DNA of 64,000 nt from Pelagomonas calceolata (lineage: Eukaryota), in the NCBI GenBank assembly GCA_918797485.1, contig CAKKNE010000002.1:5828001-5892000 (forward strand), in the 5' to 3' direction. Positions 9,201 to 19,528 of the stretch are shown here, piece after piece. A program made the translations under genes and the position numbers. Below the pieces are notes generated by a model, which worked only from the letters and a program-made list of their open reading frames with translations, had not been told where the DNA came from and did no database searches. Within the stretch, counting starts at the first letter, position 1; the number at the start of each line of letters is the position of its first letter.

Positions 9201-12200
9201 TGTTATCTTTTGAGCTCGACATGGATGCGGGAGTTTTAGTGTTACAGTTCTCGGAGCCCATTGACACGACGACGTTCGACGCGTCCAAATTTGGTTTACA
9301 AGCTCAAAGCTCAGTATTAGCGCTGACGGAGACGTTATCGCTGAGCGCGGGAACGTCGATCGAACATCGCACGGGGCCCTGCGAGCCTTCAGCCAAATTA
9401 ACTTTGACGGAAGATGATGTCGAAGATCTGCGATTCATGACCGCGTTAACACGAGGCACCGGTCAAACGTACCTCACGGCACTAGCAGATGCCGCGGTCG
9501 ACAAAGATGTCGCCCCATACCTCGAAGCCAATGCTCTCATCCAAATACCCACGTCGAAAGGACTAGTCGCCGCCAACGTCTACCCCGACGAAACGCAGCC
9601 CAAGTTCATGAATTGTGAATTAGATATGGACTCGAACCTACTCACGCTAAAATTCGACGAGCCGGTGCGAGCGTTGTCCTTCGATCCTGCAAGGGTGGAA
9701 TTGCGGGATGCGCATGCGACGGAGAACAAGACGGAGTTCGTTGTGTTATCATCCGGCTCGACATCGTCCACAGATGCTTATCATTTACGGGTCGAGCTAG
9801 GAGAAAGGGATGTGTTCGCGATCAAGTCGCGGCCGCCGTTAGGACAGACTCGCAATTCAACCTACTGTGGCGTGCGATCGGGCACGGTGCTGGACTGCGG
9901 CGCTGGTACGACAGAAGAAGGCAACAGGAACGTCGCTGGAACAAGGCAAGCAATGAAAGTATTGCCTGACGTGACGCCGCCGGACTTGAAGAAGTTCGAC
10001 ATGGACTTGGATGCGAACGCCTTGGTCTTGACCTTCGACGAGCCCGTCAATGTGTCCTCCATCGATCCGACGGTAAGAGACGTGTACCTCCACGCGGGAC
10101 CCGAAGAAGATGATGCGTATGTGACGCTGGGGTGTTCCAAGATCGAGCCGTCGACACTCACCTGGAACGCGACGGTGTCCATACTCTTATGTCAACGGGA
10201 CTTCAACGCGATATTTGCGACGCCCGCGCTCTGCCGCCGGACGGACTCGTGCTACATGTCCCATGTTTTTGGTTTGGCTGCTGACAGTGCGAAGCCGCCG
10301 AACGAAGCCCGAGCACGCTCACTAGACTACGCTTTACAAGCCTCAGCTATATTGCCAGATGTCACACCCCCAATTGTGACGTCCTTTGGTCTGGATATGG
10401 ACCAGGGCCTACTCAGTTTCGAGTTTGATGAAGTGGTCCACTTGCCCTCCTTCGACGTGTCGACGATCACGCTACAATCCGCGCGGTTCAACGACTTCGT
10501 CGGGAGTAGAACGTTATCCGCAGATAACGGCACGGAGTGTTTTTATGAGGAGGTGAACGCGACCTACGCCTCCGTACGGTTAGGCCGAGACGACCTGGAT
10601 GCCGTCAAAGCCTTGGCCGGTGTAGGACTCGCTCTGGACGCGGAAACGACATTTTTGTCGCATGAGGTCGGTCTCGTGCAAGACGTGTCGGGCAACCCAT
10701 CTGATGAACTCCAGTCCTACAAGGGCATGGGGCCCGCCAACAACTTCACACGTGACAGTACACCGCCCAAACTACTCAGTTTACAAAAGATCAGTATGAC
10801 GAAGAAGATACTGTATGCGATCTTCGACGAGCCCGTAGACCATGAGGGATTCAATAGATCCCACTGGTTCTTATCGAGAACGCAGACGGGCGGTCATTAT
10901 TCGTTGGGGGACGATCCTACCGTCGAAGTCATCGATCCTTTCACGGAGGAAGACGGGGGCGTGTTAGCCGACGATAAAGCCCCATACTCGTCGATCCTAG
11001 CGTTGCGGTTGGGCGACGCCTACGACGGCATGCCCGTCGCGGACCAGCCCGTGACCTTCTTGGCGCTGGACGACTGGGCCGTCAGTGACACGGCGCTCAA
11101 GAAGCAGAATCCACTGGTCGGGGACGAGCAGTACGCTTCGATCTATCATCCGGGCACGGGTGGGCGACGAGCGACGATGCTCGGGCCCCAATTGGAGGCC
11201 TTTGCGTTGGATATGAACGCCCTTAGTCTCACTTTACAATTCACGTCGCCTATCCTCGCAAACCATACGTCACTAGATTTATCGAAGTTCACGCTGCAAG
11301 CGGCTTCTGACGCCACAAAGGAGTATGAGACGGGCGTCCCGACCGCTTCCGTGACACTGTCGTCTTCGTCAAAAGCCTATGCTGCTGTTAAATTACCAAG
11401 GACCGAAGCGAAACTCCTCAAATCGCAGTTGCTGGATGCGCCGGAGTATCCCTTGGACTCCGACGGTGACGTCGCGGTGAGGTGCTCATTATCACAGGAC
11501 GACGCCTGGAAGCTCCAACGAGCGTCGCAGTTGCTGGCCAAGCATGCCTCGAAAACATATGCGTCGATCACCTCATCATTGGGTGGGTCGGACTCCGACT
11601 CGTCCCTCGTGGGTGATCCTACGTATCTCGTTTCAGTCCCAACGGATCGGGGCACGTCACTCGACGAGGACGCCTTCCGACGAGATTCTACAAGACCTTC
11701 TTTGACCCAATATGCTTTGGATTTAGATGGTGGTATTCTGGAGCTCGAGTTCGACGAACCGGTCGTGGGCGAGACGATGAACGTCTCGGCCATCACGCTG
11801 AAGACGGCGCAGACGTGGCCGTACGAATCTGTGACACTGTCAGCCAATAGTAGGGTCGTAAAGACGGACCCCGGCGGAAGGTACGACCAGTGCGGCGATA
11901 GTGCGGGAAACAGGTCGAAGGCCTGCGACTACGCGCGTATTTTGCTCCATGCGAATGATTTTGATCGGGTCCGAGCCGCGAGAGCCGGGGAATGGCTCGA
12001 TATAAGTAGAAAGGCCGCCGAGGACGCCTTCGGGAACAACGTGAATGTACTTTCTGAAAGTACATCATTGGGCGTGGGCACGTTCACCAAGGACGCTACC
12101 CCTCCACAATTGACGTCCTTTCTGTTGGACATTGACGGCGACGGCAAATTACATTTGAATTTCAGTGAACCGGTGGACCCGACGTCCTGGGACGTCTCCA

Positions 12201-15200
12201 AAGTTGAATTACGATCCACGTCGGGAGCTACCGATTTGAGTGATGGGAAGGCCTACCAGCTCACCCAGGCTTCGTCGTCGCAGACGGCCGGCGTGACCAC
12301 TTTGGAGTTGCGATTGGGCGGCGACTTAGTCGCGTTGAAGCGCGCCATCGCCGGCGAGGGCATCGGTTCTATTGGTGCCGCACCTTCATCAACCTTTCTG
12401 GCGGCGTCCAGTGGCTACGTGACGGACTTGGCGTTCCCCGGAAACCCGAACGACGCCGCCCCCGTGCAGATGGCGGCGTCGTCGACGGTCAACGACTTGA
12501 CGGGTCCGAGGCTCGCCTCCTTCGAGCTCAACTTGGAGGACGGGACCCTCGAACTGTTCTTCAACGAACCGATCCGCGTCGCCCTATCAGGCACGGCCGA
12601 GTTCAACGCGTCTTCCTTGATATTAAGGTCGGACGATATGGTGGCACCAGTACGATTAACGACGGCAGCGTCCGGTGCGGCCATGGTGTTTGATTGCCAG
12701 GCTCGCGTGAATCTGAGCACGGCGGACAAAAATGCGTTATCAGCAGCGAAGATCGGTGGTGACTACGGCGCACAGTTGCAACATCTCGGCGGGGTCCTGA
12801 AGGACGTGGTCGGAGGCAACGATGCCTTGGTAGGGTGCGGGCCGCCCGGCGGCGTCAAGGGCGACGGCTCGTTCAACTTCGAGAACGGCCGTTCAGGACT
12901 GGGCGAAGCGTCCGCACTCCCGGAGGGGCCCGTGCCCGTGGAACAGATTCTGGATCTGGAGGCGGGGACCCTCAAGATCTCGTTCTTCCACGACGTGCGG
13001 ATGAGCAAGCAAGTGAACGTGACCGCGGTGACCGTCGCCGCCGCCGACGAAGCGGACGCTTTTTCCTATCGCCTGACCGGAGGCACCTATGCCGTAGATG
13101 CGGCGTATGACGGCGCCGGCGAGGCGATTATTACCCTTACTTTATCGAAGGAGGATATCGACGGTATTAAGTTGGCCGATGCCAAACCTGGCATCATGCC
13201 CCTCGCGACGTCTGTCAGTACAACCATCGTCGGCTTAGACTCATCCTTCATCTGGTCGTCGACGGGGAAGCAAAACGTGCCGCGACTACCGGGGGATACG
13301 CTGATCGGCGGCGTGCCTTGTCGAACCATCACGACGGATAGTACGCGACCTACCGTGTCGTCCTACGCTCTGGACATGGATGCTGGCACATTAACACTAC
13401 AGTGGGACGAGCCGGTCCGAGCGTCCGAAAGTGTCGTGACACTCGTGGAAGTGAGAAAATCTGCTTCCGCTTCCCTGGATATCATGACCCTGACCTCGAC
13501 GACAAGGCCCAAGGAGGGCGGCGCATCTTCAAAAGTCACGTTCCTCCTATCGAGGGAGGATCTCGATGAATTGAAGCGGATAGACGGCTTGGCTTCGAAC
13601 CAAAGTACCTCGTACATCTACTTTCCCGCCTTTACGTTCCTCGATAGGAGTGTGGAGGAGAATACCGCTGCAGCAACGATAAGTCAGGTTTCGACGTATG
13701 TGGCCGACACGACCGTACCTAACTTGGACGGCTACACGCTAGATATCGAAGCTAGAACGCTCACCTTACACTTCAACGAACCTGTTATTATATCGAGTTT
13801 CAACGCGTCGTGCATCCAACTCCAGGAAGACCTGAAGAGTACGGATGGGCAGTACCATAGGTTGGTCGATTCCTACGCGGTCGACACGTCGTTGCACGAT
13901 TCGAGTGCGGTGGCAGACCTCGAAATTGCTTTTAGTGATTACGACTACGACACGATCAACGGTCTCAGCCGCCTAGCAAAAGTAGAAAGCGCCGTGAGGA
14001 TGACGATGGACTCCTGCGCGGCATTGGACGTGGCGGGCAACAAGGTCGACCCCATCATCGACCGGGCCGCGCGATCGTCCATAGCCTTTCGGCCCGATGC
14101 GACGAATCCCGAGCTTTTGAGATTTACTATTGATATGGACGAGGGTACTGTTACGATGAACTTTACCGAGCCCGTATTCTACGGGTACGTCGACGCGACG
14201 AAGTTTACCTTACATTCCGCCGATGAAGGTGGTACTTCTGTAACGTTGTCGGAGGCTACTACCCAAAAGACGCTCGATTCATTAAGTTCTTTTTATTACT
14301 ACGATGGTAGAGCAGAGGAAGGTAGGGTCGACTACTACGGCTATGGTGGCGAGTTAACCTTGGTGTTGCACTCCGACGACCTGGACGCCATCAAAGCGTC
14401 AGATATTGCGGTAGATGCGTCGTCCACGTACCTAACGGCGCAAGCGGGCGGCGTCGGCGACATGACCGGAAATACGCTGGATCCTACTTTATTAAGAAAA
14501 CCTTCGGCGTCGTACCTGCCCGACGTGACGCCGCCTACTTTATCTTCCTTTGATCTAGACTTGGATGAGGGTTTGTTGCATATAGAATTTGGGGAGTCAG
14601 TAGACGAGGACACGCTCGACTTGTCCAAAATCCTACTGACGCCGGACGGCTACGCCTGGGAGGTGGGCACGAACAAGGAGAAGGGCACGAATCTCGTGGG
14701 CGGCGCGAAGCGCACGGAGTTCGCCGCGCAAGGTGTTGACGTCGATCGGGGCAATGGGACGTTGAGTGCGCAGGTCTACGTGGACTTGGGCGAAACGAAT
14801 CTCGACGCCTTGAAAGTCGCGGGCGTCGGTGTGGATGGCACAGCTTACCTCTCGGCGGACGAGGGCGCTATCTATGACATGGCGTCCTTACCTCTCGTGC
14901 GTGTCAGTACGGCCGACTTCGAGGGCGGCAACCCCGTGAAAGCTAGACTATTAACAAAGGACGTGACCGGTCCTTCTTTATTAAGAGCTAATTTTGCCGG
15001 AGACGACCTGGTGCTAGACTTCGACGAGCCCGTGGTCGTGTCCGACGCGATACCGCGCTTGGTCTCGATTGTGGATGAGGACGGCGAGGGCGACCCGCTG
15101 GACGCTCTCGTCCCTGTCTCCGGAGCAAGGCGCGGGAGGAACGCCAAGCGACGCGTTATTTTGGATTTGAAGGATAGGTGCTCGGCGGACGAGGTCTGTC

Positions 15201-15928
15201 GCATCAAGATCCTACAGAACGCGACCAATACCACAGAAGCGAACACGACGCTGGTCTGCACGCAGCCCGCCTGCGACGTCGAGAAGGCGTTCGAGATATC
15301 ACAACGGTCGGATTTGTATGTTACAGTAGGTGCGGGCTTCGTCCGCGACCACTTCGGAAATCCCAGCGAAGGCAACACGGGCCTGAAGGAGCGGGACCCC
15401 GTCTGTGACTGTAAGAGCGGGACCTTCGTGCAAACGCCGTGCACGGACCGCATCGACGTCATGTGTTCCGAGTGTTCTACGGAGTGTCCCGCGGGGCAAT
15501 ATAAAGTGTCAGAGTGCGACACGCACTCGGATATCGGGTGTTTACCTTGTAGAAGTTGCCAGACGCCGTACTTCGTGGACGGCGGGTGTGCCGGTTCGAC
15601 GGACACGATCTGCTCGGAATGCACGCCCTGCGGTCCCTTGGAGTACGAAGTTTCACCGTGCACGGCGGGCATCAACCGCGTCTGTAAATCCTGCGAAGAT
15701 AACAGCGAGTGCATTGAAGTCACGCCGGTGTGTGAAAACACGCCCGCGAAGTGGTGGCGCAAGATGAACTGCTGCTACGACAACGACGGCGTCCAGCTGC
15801 CGTGCAACCAAATCACGGAGGCGAACACGCGCATCTCGAAGCGCAACTCGCGCGAGCACTGGGTCTTCGGCCGGACCGTGCCGCAGGTCGAGGACGGCTT
15901 CGCGCTCGGCGACGCGTCGACGAGCTAA
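6233..15928 (+). CDS. Giant secreted repeat protein (~3230 aa): ~22 beta-rich Ig-like repeats plus C-terminal TNFR-like Cys-rich repeats
   Basis: Uninterrupted 9.7-kb ORF. ATG 6233 gives signal peptide MRQLWAAALVATAAA. I count 22 copies of DxTxPxLxSFxLDxDxGxLxLxFDEPV. The C-terminus reads CDCKSGTFVQTPC...CSECSTECPAGQY...C. No TM helix is visible. Confidence 0.9.
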   Translation: MRQLWAAALVATAAAFELASFTYSAGEGLITLTFDEAVQSRTLNASGIVLMSNATAERAPMQRFRLRGAHPTLGQFLYTTPYNTTETLTLVMRDDDLLEVQALSDLAVDAKSVWLVAEEGLARAVSDNDRSAAITKPLEVDTYVPDTLQSEMELYTIDMHEGLICFKFLEPVDRSSLDLSGVILQTDVNVLDVDTGYECRNVDQDSCVQLTLVNEESKLLDIPCKPTNVSSTNNDSVTTWSVVCLNTTTVEDSLWLNVSLGPKNLNAIKAAYPLGSQAHLTNLALSSPIANDRGGNAFLTISLRPEMALTPESWIGDQNRPILVSFAVDMDSGQIDLTFNETVNANELDVTCVSLHETRDNRTGGLFHYLRSYGPQGARTKGSLVSTGDGPTLIIQMSREDSDEIKRKPRLLTGRDTSFVALDCDETYRDNAFPVNFGIRRSRVDALQAEVFVPDTTRPVLTSASLDLDVKILTLEFDETVNASSLIVDYLQVQSTERDLSYTERVQLESYVTAGDIRHDRMSRRGSGRISPAGSNVSIAIGDRDFAAMKLATTFGSDATSTFVAALGGAVLDMNGNKLTEVPLSKAVAATNGVFRDNQPPSLASFALDLDSGVFALQFDEPVTRASLDMTKCTLAAADNEDSERVLFTNTHEFLESTDIDARRVRNLLRLDFDPVTDGMGSEVLYVKLSQKDLNNLKIAETLAVDIQSTKWLSELGWVADSVTANPSPSVTYETARNFSTDVTSPLLTGGTVDLDAAILTLQADEPVRGASANASYFRISSRADGSGHTVDVDADTLLSPDAKDATSLNFRLDCFTLDQLKLWGPHQAFLSHQPFRYEYGGGLTDMYGNTLAVVNGSKNTSLPATVVADFTSPSLIGFDFGANITLRFDEPVDPVSLRDMDESWYLQKRADSMSGFQSIRIASHTTPSRTLEAGVGRYAMALIDADTQFGTQPADTFLRPVVAAAALDIAGNPLESIPDGSALQLGPRVLSFELDMDAGVLVLQFSEPIDTTTFDASKFGLQAQSSVLALTETLSLSAGTSIEHRTGPCEPSAKLTLTEDDVEDLRFMTALTRGTGQTYLTALADAAVDKDVAPYLEANALIQIPTSKGLVAANVYPDETQPKFMNCELDMDSNLLTLKFDEPVRALSFDPARVELRDAHATENKTEFVVLSSGSTSSTDAYHLRVELGERDVFAIKSRPPLGQTRNSTYCGVRSGTVLDCGAGTTEEGNRNVAGTRQAMKVLPDVTPPDLKKFDMDLDANALVLTFDEPVNVSSIDPTVRDVYLHAGPEEDDAYVTLGCSKIEPSTLTWNATVSILLCQRDFNAIFATPALCRRTDSCYMSHVFGLAADSAKPPNEARARSLDYALQASAILPDVTPPIVTSFGLDMDQGLLSFEFDEVVHLPSFDVSTITLQSARFNDFVGSRTLSADNGTECFYEEVNATYASVRLGRDDLDAVKALAGVGLALDAETTFLSHEVGLVQDVSGNPSDELQSYKGMGPANNFTRDSTPPKLLSLQKISMTKKILYAIFDEPVDHEGFNRSHWFLSRTQTGGHYSLGDDPTVEVIDPFTEEDGGVLADDKAPYSSILALRLGDAYDGMPVADQPVTFLALDDWAVSDTALKKQNPLVGDEQYASIYHPGTGGRRATMLGPQLEAFALDMNALSLTLQFTSPILANHTSLDLSKFTLQAASDATKEYETGVPTASVTLSSSSKAYAAVKLPRTEAKLLKSQLLDAPEYPLDSDGDVAVRCSLSQDDAWKLQRASQLLAKHASKTYASITSSLGGSDSDSSLVGDPTYLVSVPTDRGTSLDEDAFRRDSTRPSLTQYALDLDGGILELEFDEPVVGETMNVSAITLKTAQTWPYESVTLSANSRVVKTDPGGRYDQCGDSAGNRSKACDYARILLHANDFDRVRAARAGEWLDISRKAAEDAFGNNVNVLSESTSLGVGTFTKDATPPQLTSFLLDIDGDGKLHLNFSEPVDPTSWDVSKVELRSTSGATDLSDGKAYQLTQASSSQTAGVTTLELRLGGDLVALKRAIAGEGIGSIGAAPSSTFLAASSGYVTDLAFPGNPNDAAPVQMAASSTVNDLTGPRLASFELNLEDGTLELFFNEPIRVALSGTAEFNASSLILRSDDMVAPVRLTTAASGAAMVFDCQARVNLSTADKNALSAAKIGGDYGAQLQHLGGVLKDVVGGNDALVGCGPPGGVKGDGSFNFENGRSGLGEASALPEGPVPVEQILDLEAGTLKISFFHDVRMSKQVNVTAVTVAAADEADAFSYRLTGGTYAVDAAYDGAGEAIITLTLSKEDIDGIKLADAKPGIMPLATSVSTTIVGLDSSFIWSSTGKQNVPRLPGDTLIGGVPCRTITTDSTRPTVSSYALDMDAGTLTLQWDEPVRASESVVTLVEVRKSASASLDIMTLTSTTRPKEGGASSKVTFLLSREDLDELKRIDGLASNQSTSYIYFPAFTFLDRSVEENTAAATISQVSTYVADTTVPNLDGYTLDIEARTLTLHFNEPVIISSFNASCIQLQEDLKSTDGQYHRLVDSYAVDTSLHDSSAVADLEIAFSDYDYDTINGLSRLAKVESAVRMTMDSCAALDVAGNKVDPIIDRAARSSIAFRPDATNPELLRFTIDMDEGTVTMNFTEPVFYGYVDATKFTLHSADEGGTSVTLSEATTQKTLDSLSSFYYYDGRAEEGRVDYYGYGGELTLVLHSDDLDAIKASDIAVDASSTYLTAQAGGVGDMTGNTLDPTLLRKPSASYLPDVTPPTLSSFDLDLDEGLLHIEFGESVDEDTLDLSKILLTPDGYAWEVGTNKEKGTNLVGGAKRTEFAAQGVDVDRGNGTLSAQVYVDLGETNLDALKVAGVGVDGTAYLSADEGAIYDMASLPLVRVSTADFEGGNPVKARLLTKDVTGPSLLRANFAGDDLVLDFDEPVVVSDAIPRLVSIVDEDGEGDPLDALVPVSGARRGRNAKRRVILDLKDRCSADEVCRIKILQNATNTTEANTTLVCTQPACDVEKAFEISQRSDLYVTVGAGFVRDHFGNPSEGNTGLKERDPVCDCKSGTFVQTPCTDRIDVMCSECSTECPAGQYKVSECDTHSDIGCLPCRSCQTPYFVDGGCAGSTDTICSECTPCGPLEYEVSPCTAGINRVCKSCEDNSECIEVTPVCENTPAKWWRKMNCCYDNDGVQLPCNQITEANTRISKRNSREHWVFGRTVPQVEDGFALGDASTS

Positions 15929-16231
15929 CACTTTGTGTATCTAGTCTAGTGGTCCTGTTTGCCCCTCCTCTTGCGTTTCGCTGACGACGCAAGACCGACA
16001 CCGCCGTGCATGACTGACCCCCACCGTTTCAACGGCACAAGGGGTCACGACCAGGCGACGCTAATCTAGCACTCGCCCCTGGAAGTCCCGAGCCTACCCC
16101 GCGTAATCTCATGACTTCGAAAAGACGACAGTAATCTAGCCCCCCCAACAAAGATGCCAGTGCCGGACAGATCAGCACGAATCGACTACCGAGACTTACT
16201 CGGCGCCGAGGAGGAGGAGGGATGAGCAAAA

Positions 16232-19078
16232 CTAGGCCGTCGGCACGGGCATGTTCGTCGCCGCGAAGCGCGCCTGCGCCAGCAGCGCGTCGATGCGCCC
16301 GGCGGCCGTCGTCGGCCGCGCGCCCGGCGCCGACGCCGGCGGCGGCAGTCCATGGGACGACCGAGGCATGCCAGGAAACATCGGCATGGGCATCGGCGGC
16401 CCGCCGGTTCGCATCGTCTGCGGAGCCTGGCCGAAGGCCGGAGGCGCGGTCTTCAAGCGTTGTATTTCCGCCCTCAGAGCGTCTATGGTTCTTTGATCCG
16501 CATCAGACGTCTTCGCGGCCTGAGCGACCTCCCGTTCGAGGGACCCCGCCGCGGTGTTCGAGGCCGAGGCGTCCTTCCGCGCGTTCTCGAGCTCGGCCTC
16601 CATGGCCCGCATCTTGTGCTCCGCCGCGTCCAATTTACCTCTTAAATCAGCTTGGGCCAACGCCGCGGCGTCCGCACCCTTGCGAGCCGCATCTTTTTCT
16701 CTACAAGTAGCTCGATACACATGTAGCGCGTCGTCGCGCTCGACCTTCGCCCGCAGCGCCTGCTGCCTTAAAGTCTCTCTATCCCTATCTAACCGTTGCT
16801 GCGCCGCGGTCGCTTTCTTCGCCTGCTCCGCCGTCTTCGCTAATTCGGCATGAACGGCCTGGTTTTCCCGCGTCATACATCGTAAATCATCTCTAGCTGC
16901 TTCCAACAACTCAGCCCGATCTTGCGACGCCCTTCTAGCGTCAGCAACAGCCTTCCCCAGCGCATCCAATCTCAAATTGGCCGAGGCCATCTCCGCGTCC
17001 CGCGACGCGAGTGCTCGTTCCAACCGTCGCGCCCGCGTCGCCTCGGCGTCCTCGGCGGTCTTCGCTTCGACGATCTTCTTCGATTCTTGCGCCAACTGCT
17101 CCTCCAGAGCCGCGGCACTTTCGTCTCGCGCTCTCAGGGATGCTTCGAGCTCGTCCCGCTCGCAGTCGAGTTCATTTAGCGCCTTGCGTAACCTTTGCAC
17201 CTCGTCCAAGGAAGCTTTCGCTCCTGCCCGTTCCGCCGCGAACTGGGCGTCCTTCTCGGCGCAGGCCCGTCGCGCCTTCTCCACATCATTCAAAGCTCGC
17301 GCCCTTTCGTCGCGCATCTGCGACCGCGTGCCTTCGATCTGCTTGACGACGGCTTTTAATTGAGCTATTTCGTCCTGGGCCGCTTCGAGGGCGGCCTCAT
17401 CTAATGCGTGTCTAGTAGATAATGCGGCGGACGGCGTTTCTTGCTGCTCGGTCTCCACGACCGCGTCACTGACGGCGGCCGCGGCCTGCACCGCCGCCTT
17501 CGCTGACGCGGCTTCTTGTAACGCTTCGGTCCTATGGTCTTCGCTCCTCTGGAGTCTGTCGCGCAGTTCATGCAACGCTTTATCAGCTCTTTCAGATCGT
17601 AATTTTGAAGCCTCGAGCTCGGCGGCTAGAGCTTTAAGACGCTCGTCGCGTTCTTTGACCTCCGCTTGTAGGGTCGTGACCTTGGACCGCTCCTGGAGGA
17701 GAGGCGTCGGGTCGACGGACGGTCGCGGCTGCGTCGATCGAGGCACGGGCGGCGGCGACGGCGGCGCTTGGCCGGCCTTCTGCGACTGCAGCGTGTCGAT
17801 GATGCGTTGTCTAGTTTCCGCGGCCGCCTCGGCGCCCGCGGCCCTCGCTTCCGCGCCGCCCAATCTCGATTCGAGGTCCAACGCGCGTCGCTCCGCGTCC
17901 TCGAATTTCGCGCGCCAGCCCTCGGCCGCGGGCTCGTCCAGGACCACGTACGGAGAAGCCTTGGTGGCGGCCTCGGCCTGCTTCAGAGACTGCGCCATGG
18001 CGTCCATCTTCTTCTTGTCCGCGGCAATTGTCGCGTTCAATGCTTCTTCCTTGGCTTTCATTTCCAGTAACTCAGCCTCGGCCTCTTTTTGTTTCCTTTG
18101 AGCTTGCGCGACGGCGTCCCAGGCGGCCTCGTTCTTGACCTCCTCCTTAACAACGATGGGTTCGTCGTCCTTCATCTGCAACGCCGCGTCCAAGGCCGCC
18201 GAGACCGCCGCCAAAGCTGACGCGGCGGTGGCCCGGCCGTCGCGCTGCTCGTCGAAGGCGTCCCTTAGAGTAGTAAGAGTGGCCTCGGCCCTTTCAGCGC
18301 GCTTCGTCGCGTCTGAGCACAATTTAGCGCCCTGGTCGGCGCCTTCGCGCGCGAACGCGTCTCGTCGCGCGAGCTCTTGGGTCGCGGCCGCGGCCGTGGC
18401 TTCGGCCTGCTCGGCCTTGCGTTGGGCTTCTTCACTCTTTTCAATTAAGCTATCTTTATCGGCGACCTCGATGGTCAAGGCCCTCACTTGTCTCCTGAGA
18501 GCGTCGACGGCGCGCTCGGCGTCGATCGTCGCGGACAGCCCACTCCCAGCTGCGGTGGCACTACCACTCACAAGAGCAGACAGGCGGTCCACTTCACTCC
18601 GTCGCTCCCTCGAGAGTTTCTCGGCCCGCTCCAGTCGATCTTCATTTGACGATAATTGCGTCTCGAGCTCCCGGATCCTATCTTGTAGCGAAGTAGGATC
18701 ACCGATGACGTCGTCACTTTCGTCCCACGTCACGCCGTGCTTACCTAATAGCCCTTTGGCCTTGACTAACTTTCGTCGCGTCTCGGCGTGGGCTTCTCTT
18801 TCTGCCGCGTCCTCGTCATTCCTCGACGCCGCCTTCGCGAGCAGTTCCGCGTGTAGCGCGTTCGTCTCCCGCTGGAGTTTCGCATTGTCCTTGCGCAGGG
18901 GGATCAAGGCGGCCCGCAGGTCGCCTAATTCGGAAGCGACCTCGGCCTCCTGGCTTTTTATGGATTCGTAGGACCGCGTCGTCTTGAGCACGTCTTCCAG
19001 GAGGCGTTCTACTAGCGCGTCACTGCCCAGTTGTTCGAGGTATCCCAAATCTCTTAATCGATCCACAAGCGGCGCCAT
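16232..19078 (-). CDS. CEP135: Centriolar coiled-coil protein, CEP135/Bld10-like
   Basis: The N-terminus RLRDLGYLEQLGSDALVERLLEDVLKTT...PLRKDNAKLQRETNALHAEL and the C-terminal DDLRCMTRENQ resemble conserved CEP135 blocks. The rest is long coiled coil. Confidence 0.75.
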   Translation of the reverse strand: MAPLVDRLRDLGYLEQLGSDALVERLLEDVLKTTRSYESIKSQEAEVASELGDLRAALIPLRKDNAKLQRETNALHAELLAKAASRNDEDAAEREAHAETRRKLVKAKGLLGKHGVTWDESDDVIGDPTSLQDRIRELETQLSSNEDRLERAEKLSRERRSEVDRLSALVSGSATAAGSGLSATIDAERAVDALRRQVRALTIEVADKDSLIEKSEEAQRKAEQAEATAAAATQELARRDAFAREGADQGAKLCSDATKRAERAEATLTTLRDAFDEQRDGRATAASALAAVSAALDAALQMKDDEPIVVKEEVKNEAAWDAVAQAQRKQKEAEAELLEMKAKEEALNATIAADKKKMDAMAQSLKQAEAATKASPYVVLDEPAAEGWRAKFEDAERRALDLESRLGGAEARAAGAEAAAETRQRIIDTLQSQKAGQAPPSPPPVPRSTQPRPSVDPTPLLQERSKVTTLQAEVKERDERLKALAAELEASKLRSERADKALHELRDRLQRSEDHRTEALQEAASAKAAVQAAAAVSDAVVETEQQETPSAALSTRHALDEAALEAAQDEIAQLKAVVKQIEGTRSQMRDERARALNDVEKARRACAEKDAQFAAERAGAKASLDEVQRLRKALNELDCERDELEASLRARDESAAALEEQLAQESKKIVEAKTAEDAEATRARRLERALASRDAEMASANLRLDALGKAVADARRASQDRAELLEAARDDLRCMTRENQAVHAELAKTAEQAKKATAAQQRLDRDRETLRQQALRAKVERDDALHVYRATCREKDAARKGADAAALAQADLRGKLDAAEHKMRAMEAELENARKDASASNTAAGSLEREVAQAAKTSDADQRTIDALRAEIQRLKTAPPAFGQAPQTMRTGGPPMPMPMFPGMPRSSHGLPPPASAPGARPTTAAGRIDALLAQARFAATNMPVPTA

Positions 19079-19528
19079 TTTTTAGAGTTATGCCGCGCCG
19101 CCGCGGTTTTGCTGAGGCTGCTGGTTTTGGGGCCCGCGCTCCGCCGTCGGCGCCTCCCGAACCGCTGTTTTCTGCGTCACACGAGCCAGTGGACTGGTGA
19201 AGCGCTACGCCTTGAAACCGCAGTCTGTTACTCGCCACCGGCGGTGAGGGCCGGTCTGCAGCTTCACTGCGTTTCAATTAATTGATTTTATTCTCCCCAA
19301 CCTTCAAATTTTTTCCGAAGTTTATACGCGTCCGGGTGACGGCCATGAGCCATTTGAGCCGCGCGAGAGGCGTGGATCCGTCGTTCTGCTAAAACGTCAA
19401 AAAAACAGGTTTTTCCCAGGTGCAGCCAATCAGGTTTTTCGAGGATTCTGACGCCTTAGACGCAGCAGAATTGCCTCTACACACTGCACGCAGTGCCTGT
19501 CACACCGCTCGTCCGCATCCCAGCAAAA

